From: Victivallis vadensis
GTDB taxonomy: Bacteria > Verrucomicrobiota > Lentisphaeria > Victivallales > GWF2-50-93
Reading direction: 5' to 3'
Length of the DNA stretch: 64,000 nt
Assembly (NCBI GenBank): GCA_945883805.1
Contig: CAMCYE010000008.1
Coordinates: 1,240 to 65,239, forward strand
Of the stretch, positions 25,824 through 34,188 are shown in pieces; the stretch's first letter is position 1; the number at the start of each line of letters is the position of its first letter. The notes below the pieces were generated by a model. It saw nothing but the letters and a program-made list of their open reading frames with translations, had not been told where the DNA came from and made no database searches. The position numbers and the translations under genes are program-made.

Positions 25824-26537
25824 TCACCCAAACATCTCCTGTGCGACATGCGTGTGTTCCAGATCTTCATCTATCCTGTCAATTTTCATATACTTCCACT
25901 CGCCTTTTTCACGAAGACAGCGGATATCACGCTCCCAGACACCTTCCTGTCCGACATCAACCAGGATATTGTCGCCCATGAACTCCTTTATCTTTCTTGC
26001 AATTTCTTTCTTGAGTTGGACTATTCTCGGTGCTGTAACGGCTAACAGCCGTGCTATCTCGCCTGTGCCGTATCCAAGCATCAATTCTTCTACTATTCTG
26101 CGCTTACGGGCATCAAGGGTGTCTAGGAAAGCCTGCCAGTCAATCTGACGGAGCACCTTCGTTGCCGTATCTTCAGACTTGCAGGCTATCGTATCACCTA
26201 CAGTCGAGTCTTCTTCCTCACAGACTGGCTCCTGCATGGAGCAGAGTGCGTTTTCATGATCCATTTGAAATCCCGGACTCATCACGTCCATTCTCCGGTC
26301 TCCATAACTCCTGCGTCCTGATTTTGTTCTCTGGATTGAGTAATAAGCTATGGAATGAGGCAAGGGTTCCCTGCCTGACTTCTCCATACTTTCAATCATC
26401 TCGGCTGCTGAGGCAGTGGCATCCTGAACCAGTTCCTCGTGGTCTTCGCTACCCATTGGACGAACCGTCCTTGGGATTGTGTTGCGGATGATGGGGTAGA
26501 TCTGTTTTTCGAGCATCAGAGCTGCTGAAGGGCTCAT
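25824..26537 (-). CDS. sigma-70-like / region-4 HTH protein (mobile-element regulator)
   Basis: C-terminal LDARKRRIVEELMLGYGTGEIARLLAVTAPRIVQLKKEIARKI (sigma region 4 / LuxR-type HTH). Start at ATG 26537, preceded by GGGAGGA. Confidence 0.6.
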   Translation of the reverse strand: MSPSAALMLEKQIYPIIRNTIPRTVRPMGSEDHEELVQDATASAAEMIESMEKSGREPLPHSIAYYSIQRTKSGRRSYGDRRMDVMSPGFQMDHENALCSMQEPVCEEEDSTVGDTIACKSEDTATKVLRQIDWQAFLDTLDARKRRIVEELMLGYGTGEIARLLAVTAPRIVQLKKEIARKIKEFMGDNILVDVGQEGVWERDIRCLREKGEWKYMKIDRIDEDLEHTHVAQEMFG

Positions 26538-26764
26538 AAATTCCTCCCGTTTATGTGTTAAAAGCCACGGATTTGTTCCGTAGCAGTGAGAGGGATCTCT
26601 CAGGTATGATGACAAAAAAACGGGGGGATTTTAATAAGGATAAAAACAAGGGGTGGGTTTTTTAGGTGCAAATCAAATACTTCGCGATGGAAATACTGGC
26701 ATTTTATAATTGTGGTTTTATACTTACTGAAGAATTTACTTAACAAAAGACTCTTAATATTATC

Positions 26765-26796
26765 AGGTACAAGTTTGGTACAAGTTTGGTACAAGT
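26765..26796 (+). repeat. tandem 11-bp repeat GGTACAAGTTT x3 (candidate arm-type sites, right end of island B)
   Basis: aggtacaagtttggtacaagtttggtacaagt. Same unit and orientation as 2491-2513; 62 nt from the right direct repeat. Confidence 0.6.
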
Positions 26797-26857
26797 AAAG
26801 GTGATTTTTGAGACTTTTGGATTAGAGTTTGAGGCTAAATGGTGGAGATGGTGAGCT

Positions 26858-26876
26858 TCCCGTCAGCTCCACCATT
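26858..26876 (+). repeat. right 19-bp direct repeat (attR core) = 3' end of the ssrA-like gene
   Basis: TCCCGTCAGCTCCACCATT, identical to 2400-2418. It is preceded by TGGTGGAG (26841-26848), the inverted copy of CTCCACCA. Confidence 0.65.
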
Positions 26877-27076
26877 CAATATCCTTGCAATCAAGCACTT
26901 ACACATACAAAGCCCGCCAATTAAAACTAGTGGATTTAAGCCGTTTCAAAATTCACAAATACATCAAAAGCCCTTGTCTTTCAGCCCCCATTCCCAGCGA
27001 TTCTGTGCGTGTTTTACAGCTTGATACGGGAAAAAGGCATGGCATTGCCGGTTAAAGTGCTTAAAAAACGTTTCTG

Positions 27077-27709
27077 TCACTTTGCTTGGATGGTTTCACG
27101 GGCAGCCGTCTGTTCATCGTTCCGTTTCAGTATATCCTCCAGACTTTCGGACTTTGACAGATTCCCCTTGTCATAATATTCAATCATGCCGTTGGTTGGG
27201 TTATAAAATGAGCCTTCCCATCTCATGTCATTCTTCCATTCGCCTTGGGCTATTGTCCCTCCATCCAAGCCTTCAAGCATGATGTCCTTGCCGTCCTTAA
27301 AGGTGAAAACTGCATCAGCCACGCCAAAACAGAAGAGTTTTCCTTCCCACGGTCGTCCCTTTCTGAAGATCCCCTTCATTTTGACAGTGTTCTTATCGCC
27401 CCTGTAGTAGATGCATATCCCGTCAGGTATGCCTTCGCAGAATATCACGTCTGCCCTTTTCGTAGCGTTTTCGTCATAGCTCTCATACAGACCATGTTTT
27501 ATTGTCTTTCCATCCTTTTCATAGCCGAAGTAACGGGCGGTCATCTTGTTGCCGTCGAAATCCTTAAACTCCTTTACCTTGCGTCCTTCAAAATAGACAG
27601 CTTTGCTTTTTTCAAAGTCTCTCGGATATCCGTCCTCGTTCAGGACAGAGCAACCTGTAAGTGCAAGTAGGAAGATAAATATCAGTCCGTTGGTTATCTT
27701 ATGGTTCAT
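27077..27709 (-). CDS. lipoprotein with MORN/YwqK-like repeats
   Basis: Lipobox LLALTGC. Repeated G-x-W/Y motifs (KHGLYESYDENATK..., GIFRKGRPWEGKLF, GEWKNDMRWEGSFY). Confidence 0.55.
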   Translation of the reverse strand: MNHKITNGLIFIFLLALTGCSVLNEDGYPRDFEKSKAVYFEGRKVKEFKDFDGNKMTARYFGYEKDGKTIKHGLYESYDENATKRADVIFCEGIPDGICIYYRGDKNTVKMKGIFRKGRPWEGKLFCFGVADAVFTFKDGKDIMLEGLDGGTIAQGEWKNDMRWEGSFYNPTNGMIEYYDKGNLSKSESLEDILKRNDEQTAARETIQAK

Positions 27710-28167
27710 GATTTGGGCTTGTCTTCCTTCAACATCTCCATGATTTTCCTTTTCCCAAGACTTCTGAAGGAGATTATCTTTGCTTTGTACGAATCTCTAG
27801 GCTTTGACCTGCCAGACTCCCAAAGAAAGACCGTATTGCTTGCAGCTCCGAGAAGTTTGCCAAAATCTTTCCGTGATAGTTTCAGTTTTTTGCGAAGCAT
27901 GGCTATCAGCTTCGGTGTCAGTCTTGCTTTTTCAAGGGCTTCAGGAGGTAGGGGCTGAATCTTGTCTTCAGGGGTTATGTTCTTTGACAGAGCTAATATT
28001 TCCTTCTGCTGTCTGTCTATAAGTTTTCGCATCAGTCTGGCTGCAAGGTTCAGTTCCTTGATCTTCTTCTCCAAAGGTCGGACTTTTGCGTTCGATTCAC
28101 GCTTGGCAACCCTAATCATCATTTCATGCATTGCTTTTTGAAGATTTACCATTTTGAGTATCTCCAT
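27706..28167 (-). CDS. coiled-coil protein with C-terminal XRE-type HTH
   Basis: LSRKDFGKLLGAASNTVFLWESGRSKP. 4-nt overlap with the downstream lipoprotein gene. Confidence 0.55.
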   Translation of the reverse strand: MEILKMVNLQKAMHEMMIRVAKRESNAKVRPLEKKIKELNLAARLMRKLIDRQQKEILALSKNITPEDKIQPLPPEALEKARLTPKLIAMLRKKLKLSRKDFGKLLGAASNTVFLWESGRSKPRDSYKAKIISFRSLGKRKIMEMLKEDKPKS

Positions 28168-28379
28168 GGGGCTAGGTTGAATTTTGTGATGGGCATTATC
28201 ATATATCGGAAAGAGAGAATAATCAATTTATTTACGGAGATGGAAATCCCTTCTGCTCATCAAGAAAAGAGAAAAGACCGTTTACACAAAAAATCTTACA
28301 TAGCCCAGGAACGAGTGAAAAAAATACTGTTGACCGTGTTCAGTGGAAAGGTGTATTCGATGGGGAGCGAGTAGGCAAT

Positions 28380-28395
28380 GTGAACAAATGTTCAC
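28380..28395. promoter_or_regulatory. palindrome GTGAAC-AAAT-GTTCAC (GAAC-N4-GTTC core), 63 nt upstream of the DUF3127-like gene
   Basis: Perfect 6-4-6 inverted repeat, seen directly. Confidence 0.35.
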
Positions 28396-28457
28396 TTTAC
28401 GGTTTGCCAGAGCGCTAGGGAAGACATCTATTGCCTGTCAAAAAAGAGGAGACGGTA

Positions 28458-28817
28458 ATGGCTTATGATTTGACAGGTAAAATCAAGGTGATTCAGGCGG
28501 CGCAGACTTTCGGTGCCAAGGGATTTACGAAGCGGGAGTTCGTGGTGACAGTTGCCGATGGCAAATACCCCCAGGATATAGCTCTGGAGTGTGTGCAGGA
28601 TAAGGTGAATTTGCTTGACGGGCTCAACGTGGGGCAGACGGTAACAGTGTCATTTGATATACGTGGACGAGAATACAACGGCCGCTATTTCAATAACCTC
28701 CAGGCGTTACGCATAAGTGCCGGAAAGGGGATTAAAACAGCTACAGACGATGAACATCCGCCGATCCCAGCCGATTTTGAGGACACCACCGACTATGGGG
28801 CTACTGTTCCGTTTTGA
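28458..28817 (+). CDS. DUF3127-like (OB-fold-like) protein
   Basis: MAYDLTGKIKVIQAAQTFGAKGFTKREFVVTVADGKYPQDIALECVQDKVNLLDGLNVGQTVTVSFDIRGREYNGRYFNNLQALRI matches my recollection of the DUF3127 family. RBS GAGGAG. Confidence 0.6.
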   Translation: MAYDLTGKIKVIQAAQTFGAKGFTKREFVVTVADGKYPQDIALECVQDKVNLLDGLNVGQTVTVSFDIRGREYNGRYFNNLQALRISAGKGIKTATDDEHPPIPADFEDTTDYGATVPF

Positions 28818-29034
28818 TTGAATTGCTACGGATGCGGGAGCAAATGATGAATTCTTCTGAAGTCCATTCGGCTCTGTAAGAATTTTGTGTAAACGGTATT
28901 TTCGAAATCGGTAGCGGCCCAACCGACAATAACCGTTATTTCCAGTTGAAAGCGTCATGACTGAAAATTGCTGCAACACGAAATGTCGCAGCGCTGCGAC
29001 AGAAAATGTCGTAGCAATAAAAGACATTACTCCT

Positions 29035-29120
29035 TGTGCGGATTAATCGGCGGATTATTCAAGGCATAAACCGGGTTGCCCGGAAGTTCCAATCATCCCA
29101 GATCCCGCCTCAGCCGGATG
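29035..29120. repeat. right copy of the ~88-bp inverted repeat
   Basis: See 25027-25114. Confidence 0.7.
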
Positions 29121-29233
29121 TGTCTCAGGTATTTTTAATGGGGAAGACTACAACTACAGTATGCTTATACGTGGGATGGCTGTGCGACCTCTTTTTATCT
29201 GCTGAATATGCAAAAAAAGAGGGGATTTATATA

Positions 29234-30127
29234 TCAGCCAGTGCGCATACGTTGTCTTATGTTGGATGAACTTCCTTTCCGGAAAGCGTCTGGTGAAATT
29301 CCGTATGTTCTTTTGAAAGCCTTTGAAAAATGATATGGATCCTTGAAGCCGTTCTCTAAGGCGATGCTCTTCAGGGTGAGATCCGAGGTTTTCAATCTTA
29401 CAGCCGCACTGTTCATCTTGAGTTTCATCAGATGCGAATACGGACTTGTCCCTGAGAATTTTTTAAAAAGCCTGCACAGGTACGCCTTGTCGATCCCGCA
29501 GGACTCGGAAATTTCATCGAGTGTCTTTATCGAGTTGAAATGACTGCCGATATGCTCCCTGCACCTGTGGTATGTTGCGGCTGCGAAGTTCGCAGTTTCA
29601 TGTCCGGAAAACATTGTCTCTCGGATCAGGAGAACGAGCGTTTCAAGAAGTAATGCCGATATCCTGCCGCTGTTCACACCTCCGGATATTCCCGTATATT
29701 GGAGCTGATCAAATGCCCCGGCAATGATCTGCGGGTTTGAAATCCGGACGCTCCCGCCTTTCTCCGTCGAAATCGTTTTCAGGAGATTGAGTGCGCGGGT
29801 TCCCGTGAAATCGACAAAATATTTCTGTAGCATGTTGTCCGGATCCGAGCGGATAATATGTGGAATTCCCGGTCCATACGAAAAAACAATTCCGGGGTTG
29901 AGTGCATATGAATTCCCGCCTATCTTCAACTCACCGCTTCCTTCCGCAACATATTCGATTGCATGATAGGGGAAATCTTTCCTGTCGATGACATAGTCTG
30001 ACCTGCACTTTTCGAAACCGCCGCATACGACCGCGAGAGATGCCCTGATTTTCCCTGGCGCGTCAAAATAATAGCATCGGCTTTCCCTGACCTGCTTCGA
30101 AAAGAAATCCGGCTTCCGTGTTTCCAT
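29234..30127 (-). CDS. AraC-family transcriptional regulator (cupin sensor plus HTH)
   Basis: C-terminal AraC-type double HTH (...KAYLCRLFKKFSGTSPYSHLMKLKMNSAAVRL...IALENGFKDPYHFSKAFKRTYGISP). Divergent from the sugar gene cluster. Confidence 0.85.
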   Translation of the reverse strand: METRKPDFFSKQVRESRCYYFDAPGKIRASLAVVCGGFEKCRSDYVIDRKDFPYHAIEYVAEGSGELKIGGNSYALNPGIVFSYGPGIPHIIRSDPDNMLQKYFVDFTGTRALNLLKTISTEKGGSVRISNPQIIAGAFDQLQYTGISGGVNSGRISALLLETLVLLIRETMFSGHETANFAAATYHRCREHIGSHFNSIKTLDEISESCGIDKAYLCRLFKKFSGTSPYSHLMKLKMNSAAVRLKTSDLTLKSIALENGFKDPYHFSKAFKRTYGISPDAFRKGSSSNIRQRMRTG

Positions 30128-30363
30128 GGGCTCCTCACTAAATTGACAGGATAACAGGATTGACAGGGTAATATGAGTTCATACAATATGGTTAGGTTTC
30201 GCCCCGACTTTACCCAATCATCCAGTCATCCAACAATCCATTCATCCGTTCTTTAAAAGTCAACAATAGACATTATAAAGTCAATAATAGCCATTTATAT
30301 TAGCCATTTCAAGAATAATTTAAAAAAAATCAGAAATCATTATATTACATTGAAGGTGTTCGA

Positions 30364-30753
30364 ATGATCATCAAAGGAATACTCAATCCGCAGATTAACT
30401 CCCTGATCAGCAGGGTCAGACACACCAACACGCTTGTCATAGCCGACAGGGGGTTCCCCTTTTGGCCGGAAATCGAGACAATAGACATATCCCTTGTCGA
30501 CGGGATTCCCACAGTCTGCCAGGTCCTCGAAGCGCTGCGTCCGAATTTCATGATCGGAAAAGCATTCATGGCGGAGGAATTCAAAAAGAATAACAGCGTC
30601 AAACTCCAGAAACATTTCTTTTCTCTCTTCCAAGGTGTTAAGATCAATTTTGAACCTCATGTCGATTTCAAGAAGAGAGTCCCTTGCGCCATAGGCCTCA
30701 TAAGGACTGCGGACACGACCCAGTACGCAAACATAATTATTGAATCCGCATAG
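30364..30753 (+). CDS. RbsD/FucU-family sugar mutarotase/pyranase
   Basis: LNPQINSLISRVRHTNTLVIADRGFPF and a C-terminal YANIIIESA parallel E. coli RbsD ([27 protein letters not shown] ... YANIIL). Confidence 0.75.
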   Translation: MIIKGILNPQINSLISRVRHTNTLVIADRGFPFWPEIETIDISLVDGIPTVCQVLEALRPNFMIGKAFMAEEFKKNNSVKLQKHFFSLFQGVKINFEPHVDFKKRVPCAIGLIRTADTTQYANIIIESA

Positions 30754-30816
30754 ATACTCTCGGCGTAAGGAGTTCCGCGCGAGATTATCTATAGTTTGAT
30801 TTGGGAAGGACAATCC

Positions 30817-31851
30817 ATGGAATATCATGAAATTGGAAATACAGGCGTAAAAGTCCCTTCGATAATATTCGGAACCAGCTGCCTCGGGAATCTGTACAAG
30901 TCCATTCCGTATGGTGAAAAGCTTGAATCGGTAAAGGAGTTCTTCGCATATTTCAAACCGCCGGTGGTTCTTGATTCGGCTGGAAAATACGGCGCGGGGC
31001 TTTCACTTGAGACGATTGGAAAATGCCTCAGAGAACTGGGAATTCCTCCTGAATCTGCGGTGATAAGCAACAAACTCGCCTGGTACAGAATTCCCTTGAC
31101 GGGTGCGAAACCGACTTTCGAGCCTGGCGCATGGGCGGATCTCGAACATGACGCGGAACAGAAAATCAGTTATGACGGTATAATCAAGTGTTGGGAGCAG
31201 GGAAACGAACTTCTAGGAAAACCGTACAGGCCTTGCCTTTTATCCGTCCACGATCCCGATGAATACTTGAATGCCGCAAAAGGCACGGATGACAGGAGGA
31301 AAAGGTTTGACGACGTGCTTGGCGCATATAAAGCCCTGCACGAGCTGAAGACGAAAGGACTGGTAAAATCCGTCGGTGTAGGCGCAAAAGACTGGCGTGT
31401 CATTCGGGAACTGAGCGACAGTGCGGAGCTGGACTGGGTGATGTTCGCATGCAGCTTGACTGTCATGCAACATCCGAAAGAGCTTCTTGATTTCATGGAG
31501 TCGCTCAGGAGCAGAAACATTTTCATCGTGAATTCCGCAGTCTTCCATTCGGGATTCCTGACCGGCGGAGAATTTTTCGACTACCGCAAGACCGATCCGG
31601 CAACCGACAAGACCCTTTACGAATGGAGAAATTCTTTCAACGAGACATGTGCGAAGTTCGCAGTTTCACCGGCTGCGGCATGCATCAGGTTCAGCTTCAC
31701 GGTACCCGGAGTTGTGAGCGTAGCCCTGAACACTTCTAATCCGAAGCGTGTCAAGAAAAACGTGGACTTTGCGACAGCCAGAATTCCTACGGAATTTTGG
31801 AATGAGATGAAGGAGAAGAAACTTATTTCACGGGAATACCCTTATCTGTAG
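30817..31851 (+). CDS. aldo/keto reductase (aldose/fucose 1-dehydrogenase-like)
   Basis: AKR-like N-terminus MEYHEIGNTGVKVPSIIFGTSCLGNLY. Start at ATG 30817 after GGAAGGA. Operon context with the lactonase. Confidence 0.8.
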   Translation: MEYHEIGNTGVKVPSIIFGTSCLGNLYKSIPYGEKLESVKEFFAYFKPPVVLDSAGKYGAGLSLETIGKCLRELGIPPESAVISNKLAWYRIPLTGAKPTFEPGAWADLEHDAEQKISYDGIIKCWEQGNELLGKPYRPCLLSVHDPDEYLNAAKGTDDRRKRFDDVLGAYKALHELKTKGLVKSVGVGAKDWRVIRELSDSAELDWVMFACSLTVMQHPKELLDFMESLRSRNIFIVNSAVFHSGFLTGGEFFDYRKTDPATDKTLYEWRNSFNETCAKFAVSPAAACIRFSFTVPGVVSVALNTSNPKRVKKNVDFATARIPTEFWNEMKEKKLISREYPYL

Positions 31852-31903
31852 TTTTTCATTTAAATGGAAAACTAAACATGAAAGCCGAAAAAGGTTAGAA
31901 ATT

Positions 31904-32737
31904 ATGAAGATAGATTCGCATCAACATTTCTGGAAATACAGTGTTGAGGAATACGGGTGGATAGACGACGACATGAAGTCTATCAGAAGGGATTTTCTTC
32001 CGGAGGATCTTGAAAAGGAAACTAGGAGCGTCGGCATTGATGGCGTGGTCAGCGTACAGGCGCGGCAGACCGTTGCAGAGACGGAATGTCTTCTCGACTT
32101 TTCACAGAAACATGATTTCATAAAAGGCGTGGTCGGATGGGTTCCTCTGATTTCCTCAGATGTATGGGAGTGTCTTTCCGGCCTCATGTCATTTCCGAAA
32201 TTGAAATCCGTGCGGCATGTCGTGCAGGGTGAGCCTGACAATGATTTCATATTACGTAATGATTTCAATGAAGGAATAAGTGCCCTACGGGAATTCGGTC
32301 TTGCCTACGACATACTGATTCTGGAAAAACATCTTCCCCAAACAATCAAATTCGTTGACATGCATCCTGACCAGATATTCATACTCGATCATATTGCCAA
32401 GCCAAGGATTAAGGAGAACATCCTTGAACCATGGCGGAAAAACATCATGGCGCTGTCTGAGAGAAAGAATGTGTACTGCAAGGTTTCCGGAATGGTGACG
32501 GAGGCGGATTACGGGAAATGGACAGAGGATCAGCTCCGCCCTTATTTTGAAACCGTGCTTGAGGCATTTGGTCCGGAACGCCTGATGTTCGGCAGCGACT
32601 GGCCGGTCTGCACCGTAGCCTGCGAATATCGCAGATGGCTGGGGACTGTAAGGGAATTCATCTCAAATCTATCCTCCTCCGAGCAGTACGCAATATTCGG
32701 AGGGAATGCCGTCAGGGCATACAATTTAACCATTTAA
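31904..32737 (+). CDS. amidohydrolase-2 family lactonase (L-fucono/rhamnono-lactonase-like)
   Basis: MKIDSHQHFWKY...WID..., with later HIAKP and FGSDWP motifs typical of the PF04909-type sugar lactonases. Confidence 0.75.
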   Translation: MKIDSHQHFWKYSVEEYGWIDDDMKSIRRDFLPEDLEKETRSVGIDGVVSVQARQTVAETECLLDFSQKHDFIKGVVGWVPLISSDVWECLSGLMSFPKLKSVRHVVQGEPDNDFILRNDFNEGISALREFGLAYDILILEKHLPQTIKFVDMHPDQIFILDHIAKPRIKENILEPWRKNIMALSERKNVYCKVSGMVTEADYGKWTEDQLRPYFETVLEAFGPERLMFGSDWPVCTVACEYRRWLGTVREFISNLSSSEQYAIFGGNAVRAYNLTI

Positions 32738-32745
32738 GAAAGAAG

Positions 32746-32809
32746 GTGGTACAGGCGTCTCGCCTGTATTGCAGGATTAAAATAAGAACAGGCGAGACGC
32801 CTGTACCAC
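32746..32809. repeat. long palindrome with arms GTGGTACAGGCGTCTCGCCTGT (terminator-like), copy 1
   Basis: Arms of 22 nt separated by 20 nt, 9 nt after the stop at 32737. Each arm also contains ACAGGCG-TCT-CGCCTGT. Confidence 0.7.
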
Positions 32810-32851
32810 TTTATAATCATCTAAGTTATTTTTTTACGAAGGGAAAAAAAT

Positions 32852-33862
32852 ATGAAAGCTTTTTTCATTACGACTCCGGGTAAGACGGAAATCAGGGAGA
32901 TTTCCAATCCGGAAATGAAGGACGATGAAGTCCTGCTGAAAGTCAGGCTGGTCGGATACTGCGGATCAGACCTCAATACATTCCGCGGCAAGAACCCGAT
33001 GGTCTCACTTCCGAGGATACCCGGGCACGAGGTAGCGGCGACAATAGAAAAATGTGGGGGGGTAGTTCCTGCAGATTTCATGCCGGGAATGAACGTCACA
33101 ATCTCCCCATACACGAGTTGCGGGAAATGCCCGTCATGCCTGCATGACAGGCCGAACGCCTGCCAGTTCAACCAGACTATGGGCGTCCAGCGCGACGGAG
33201 CTCTTGCAGAATACATTTCAGTTCCATGGAAAAAACTTTACAAATCCGATAAACTGTCGTTGAAGGAACTTGCACTTGTCGAACCTTTAACCGTCGGATT
33301 TCACGCAGCAGCAAGGGGAGATGTTTCAGAGAAGGACACGGTTCTCATCCTCGGCTGCGGCGCGATCGGACTCGGTGCCATTGCCGGTTCTGCTTGGAGA
33401 AAGGCGAAAGTTATCGCGGCTGATATTGACGATGCTAAACTTGGAATAGCCAGAAGAGTCGGCGCAGCCTTTACCATTAATTCCGCACATCAGAATCTGC
33501 ATGAGGAACTTCAGAAGATTACAGGTTCTGGTCCCGATGTCGTAATAGAGGCCATAGGACTTCCGTCCACTTTCAAGATAGCGGTTGACGAAGTTGCGTT
33601 CAGCGGGCGCATTGTCTATGTAGGATATGCAAAGGAACCAGTATCGTACGAAACGAAGTATTTTGTCCAGAAAGAGCTTGACATCAGGGGTTCGAGGAAT
33701 GCACTCGGCGATTTCGCCGATGTCATTAAAATGCTTGAACAGGGAAAATTCCCAGTAGACTCAGTAATAACAGAAGTATTCCCGTTTGAAAAATCCGGAG
33801 AAGCTCTGGAAAAATGGGACAGGAATCCCGCCGCAGTTACGAAATTCCTGATTGAGTTTTAA
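32852..33862 (+). CDS. zinc-dependent medium-chain alcohol/polyol dehydrogenase
   Basis: [20 protein letters not shown], structural-zinc Cys cluster [15 protein letters not shown], and GCGAIGLGA Rossmann motif. Confidence 0.85.
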   Translation: MKAFFITTPGKTEIREISNPEMKDDEVLLKVRLVGYCGSDLNTFRGKNPMVSLPRIPGHEVAATIEKCGGVVPADFMPGMNVTISPYTSCGKCPSCLHDRPNACQFNQTMGVQRDGALAEYISVPWKKLYKSDKLSLKELALVEPLTVGFHAAARGDVSEKDTVLILGCGAIGLGAIAGSAWRKAKVIAADIDDAKLGIARRVGAAFTINSAHQNLHEELQKITGSGPDVVIEAIGLPSTFKIAVDEVAFSGRIVYVGYAKEPVSYETKYFVQKELDIRGSRNALGDFADVIKMLEQGKFPVDSVITEVFPFEKSGEALEKWDRNPAAVTKFLIEF

Positions 33863-34060
33863 TAACTTGGGCTTTCCAGCCCGAGAATAAACTGACTGAA
33901 CTGATAGGAATTTTGATTTTCATGCCGACTTGTAGATACCCGATGATGGAAAATAAATCAAGTGAACCAAGAACAAAGGTGTAGTTTTCCTTTTGGGTTG
34001 CAATTCCCTCATGTCGCCGGGAATCAATCCAGCGGTTTATGCCTGATCAAAATATCGCCG

Positions 34061-34098
34061 CACGTGGTCCCCTACGGCGCCGCCATAGGCGAGTAAAC
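34061..34098 (+). repeat. intergenic repeat module (hairpin followed by GTAAAC)
   Basis: cacgtggtcccctacggcgCCGCCataGGCGAgtaaac. Confidence 0.6.
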
Positions 34099-34122
34099 AA
34101 CTTGCCGGCATCCTTTTTAATG

Positions 34123-34188
34123 TGGTACAGGCGTCTCGCCTGTTCTTATTTCTTTCTTCTGGAAGAACAGGCGAGACGCCTGTACCAC
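34123..34188. repeat. long palindrome with arms GTGGTACAGGCGTCTCGCCTGTTCTT, copy 2
   Basis: 26-nt arms share the 22-nt core of 32746-32809 but carry a different loop. Confidence 0.7.

Larger units (their letters stand above)
2400..26876. mobile_element. genomic island B (~24.5 kb) integrated at the ssrA-like 3' end, bounded by 19-bp direct repeats
   Basis: TCCCGTCAGCTCCACCATT occurs exactly at 2400-2418 and 26858-26876. An integrase gene lies just inside the left repeat. GGTACAAGTTT tandem repeats lie just inside both ends. Confidence 0.65.
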
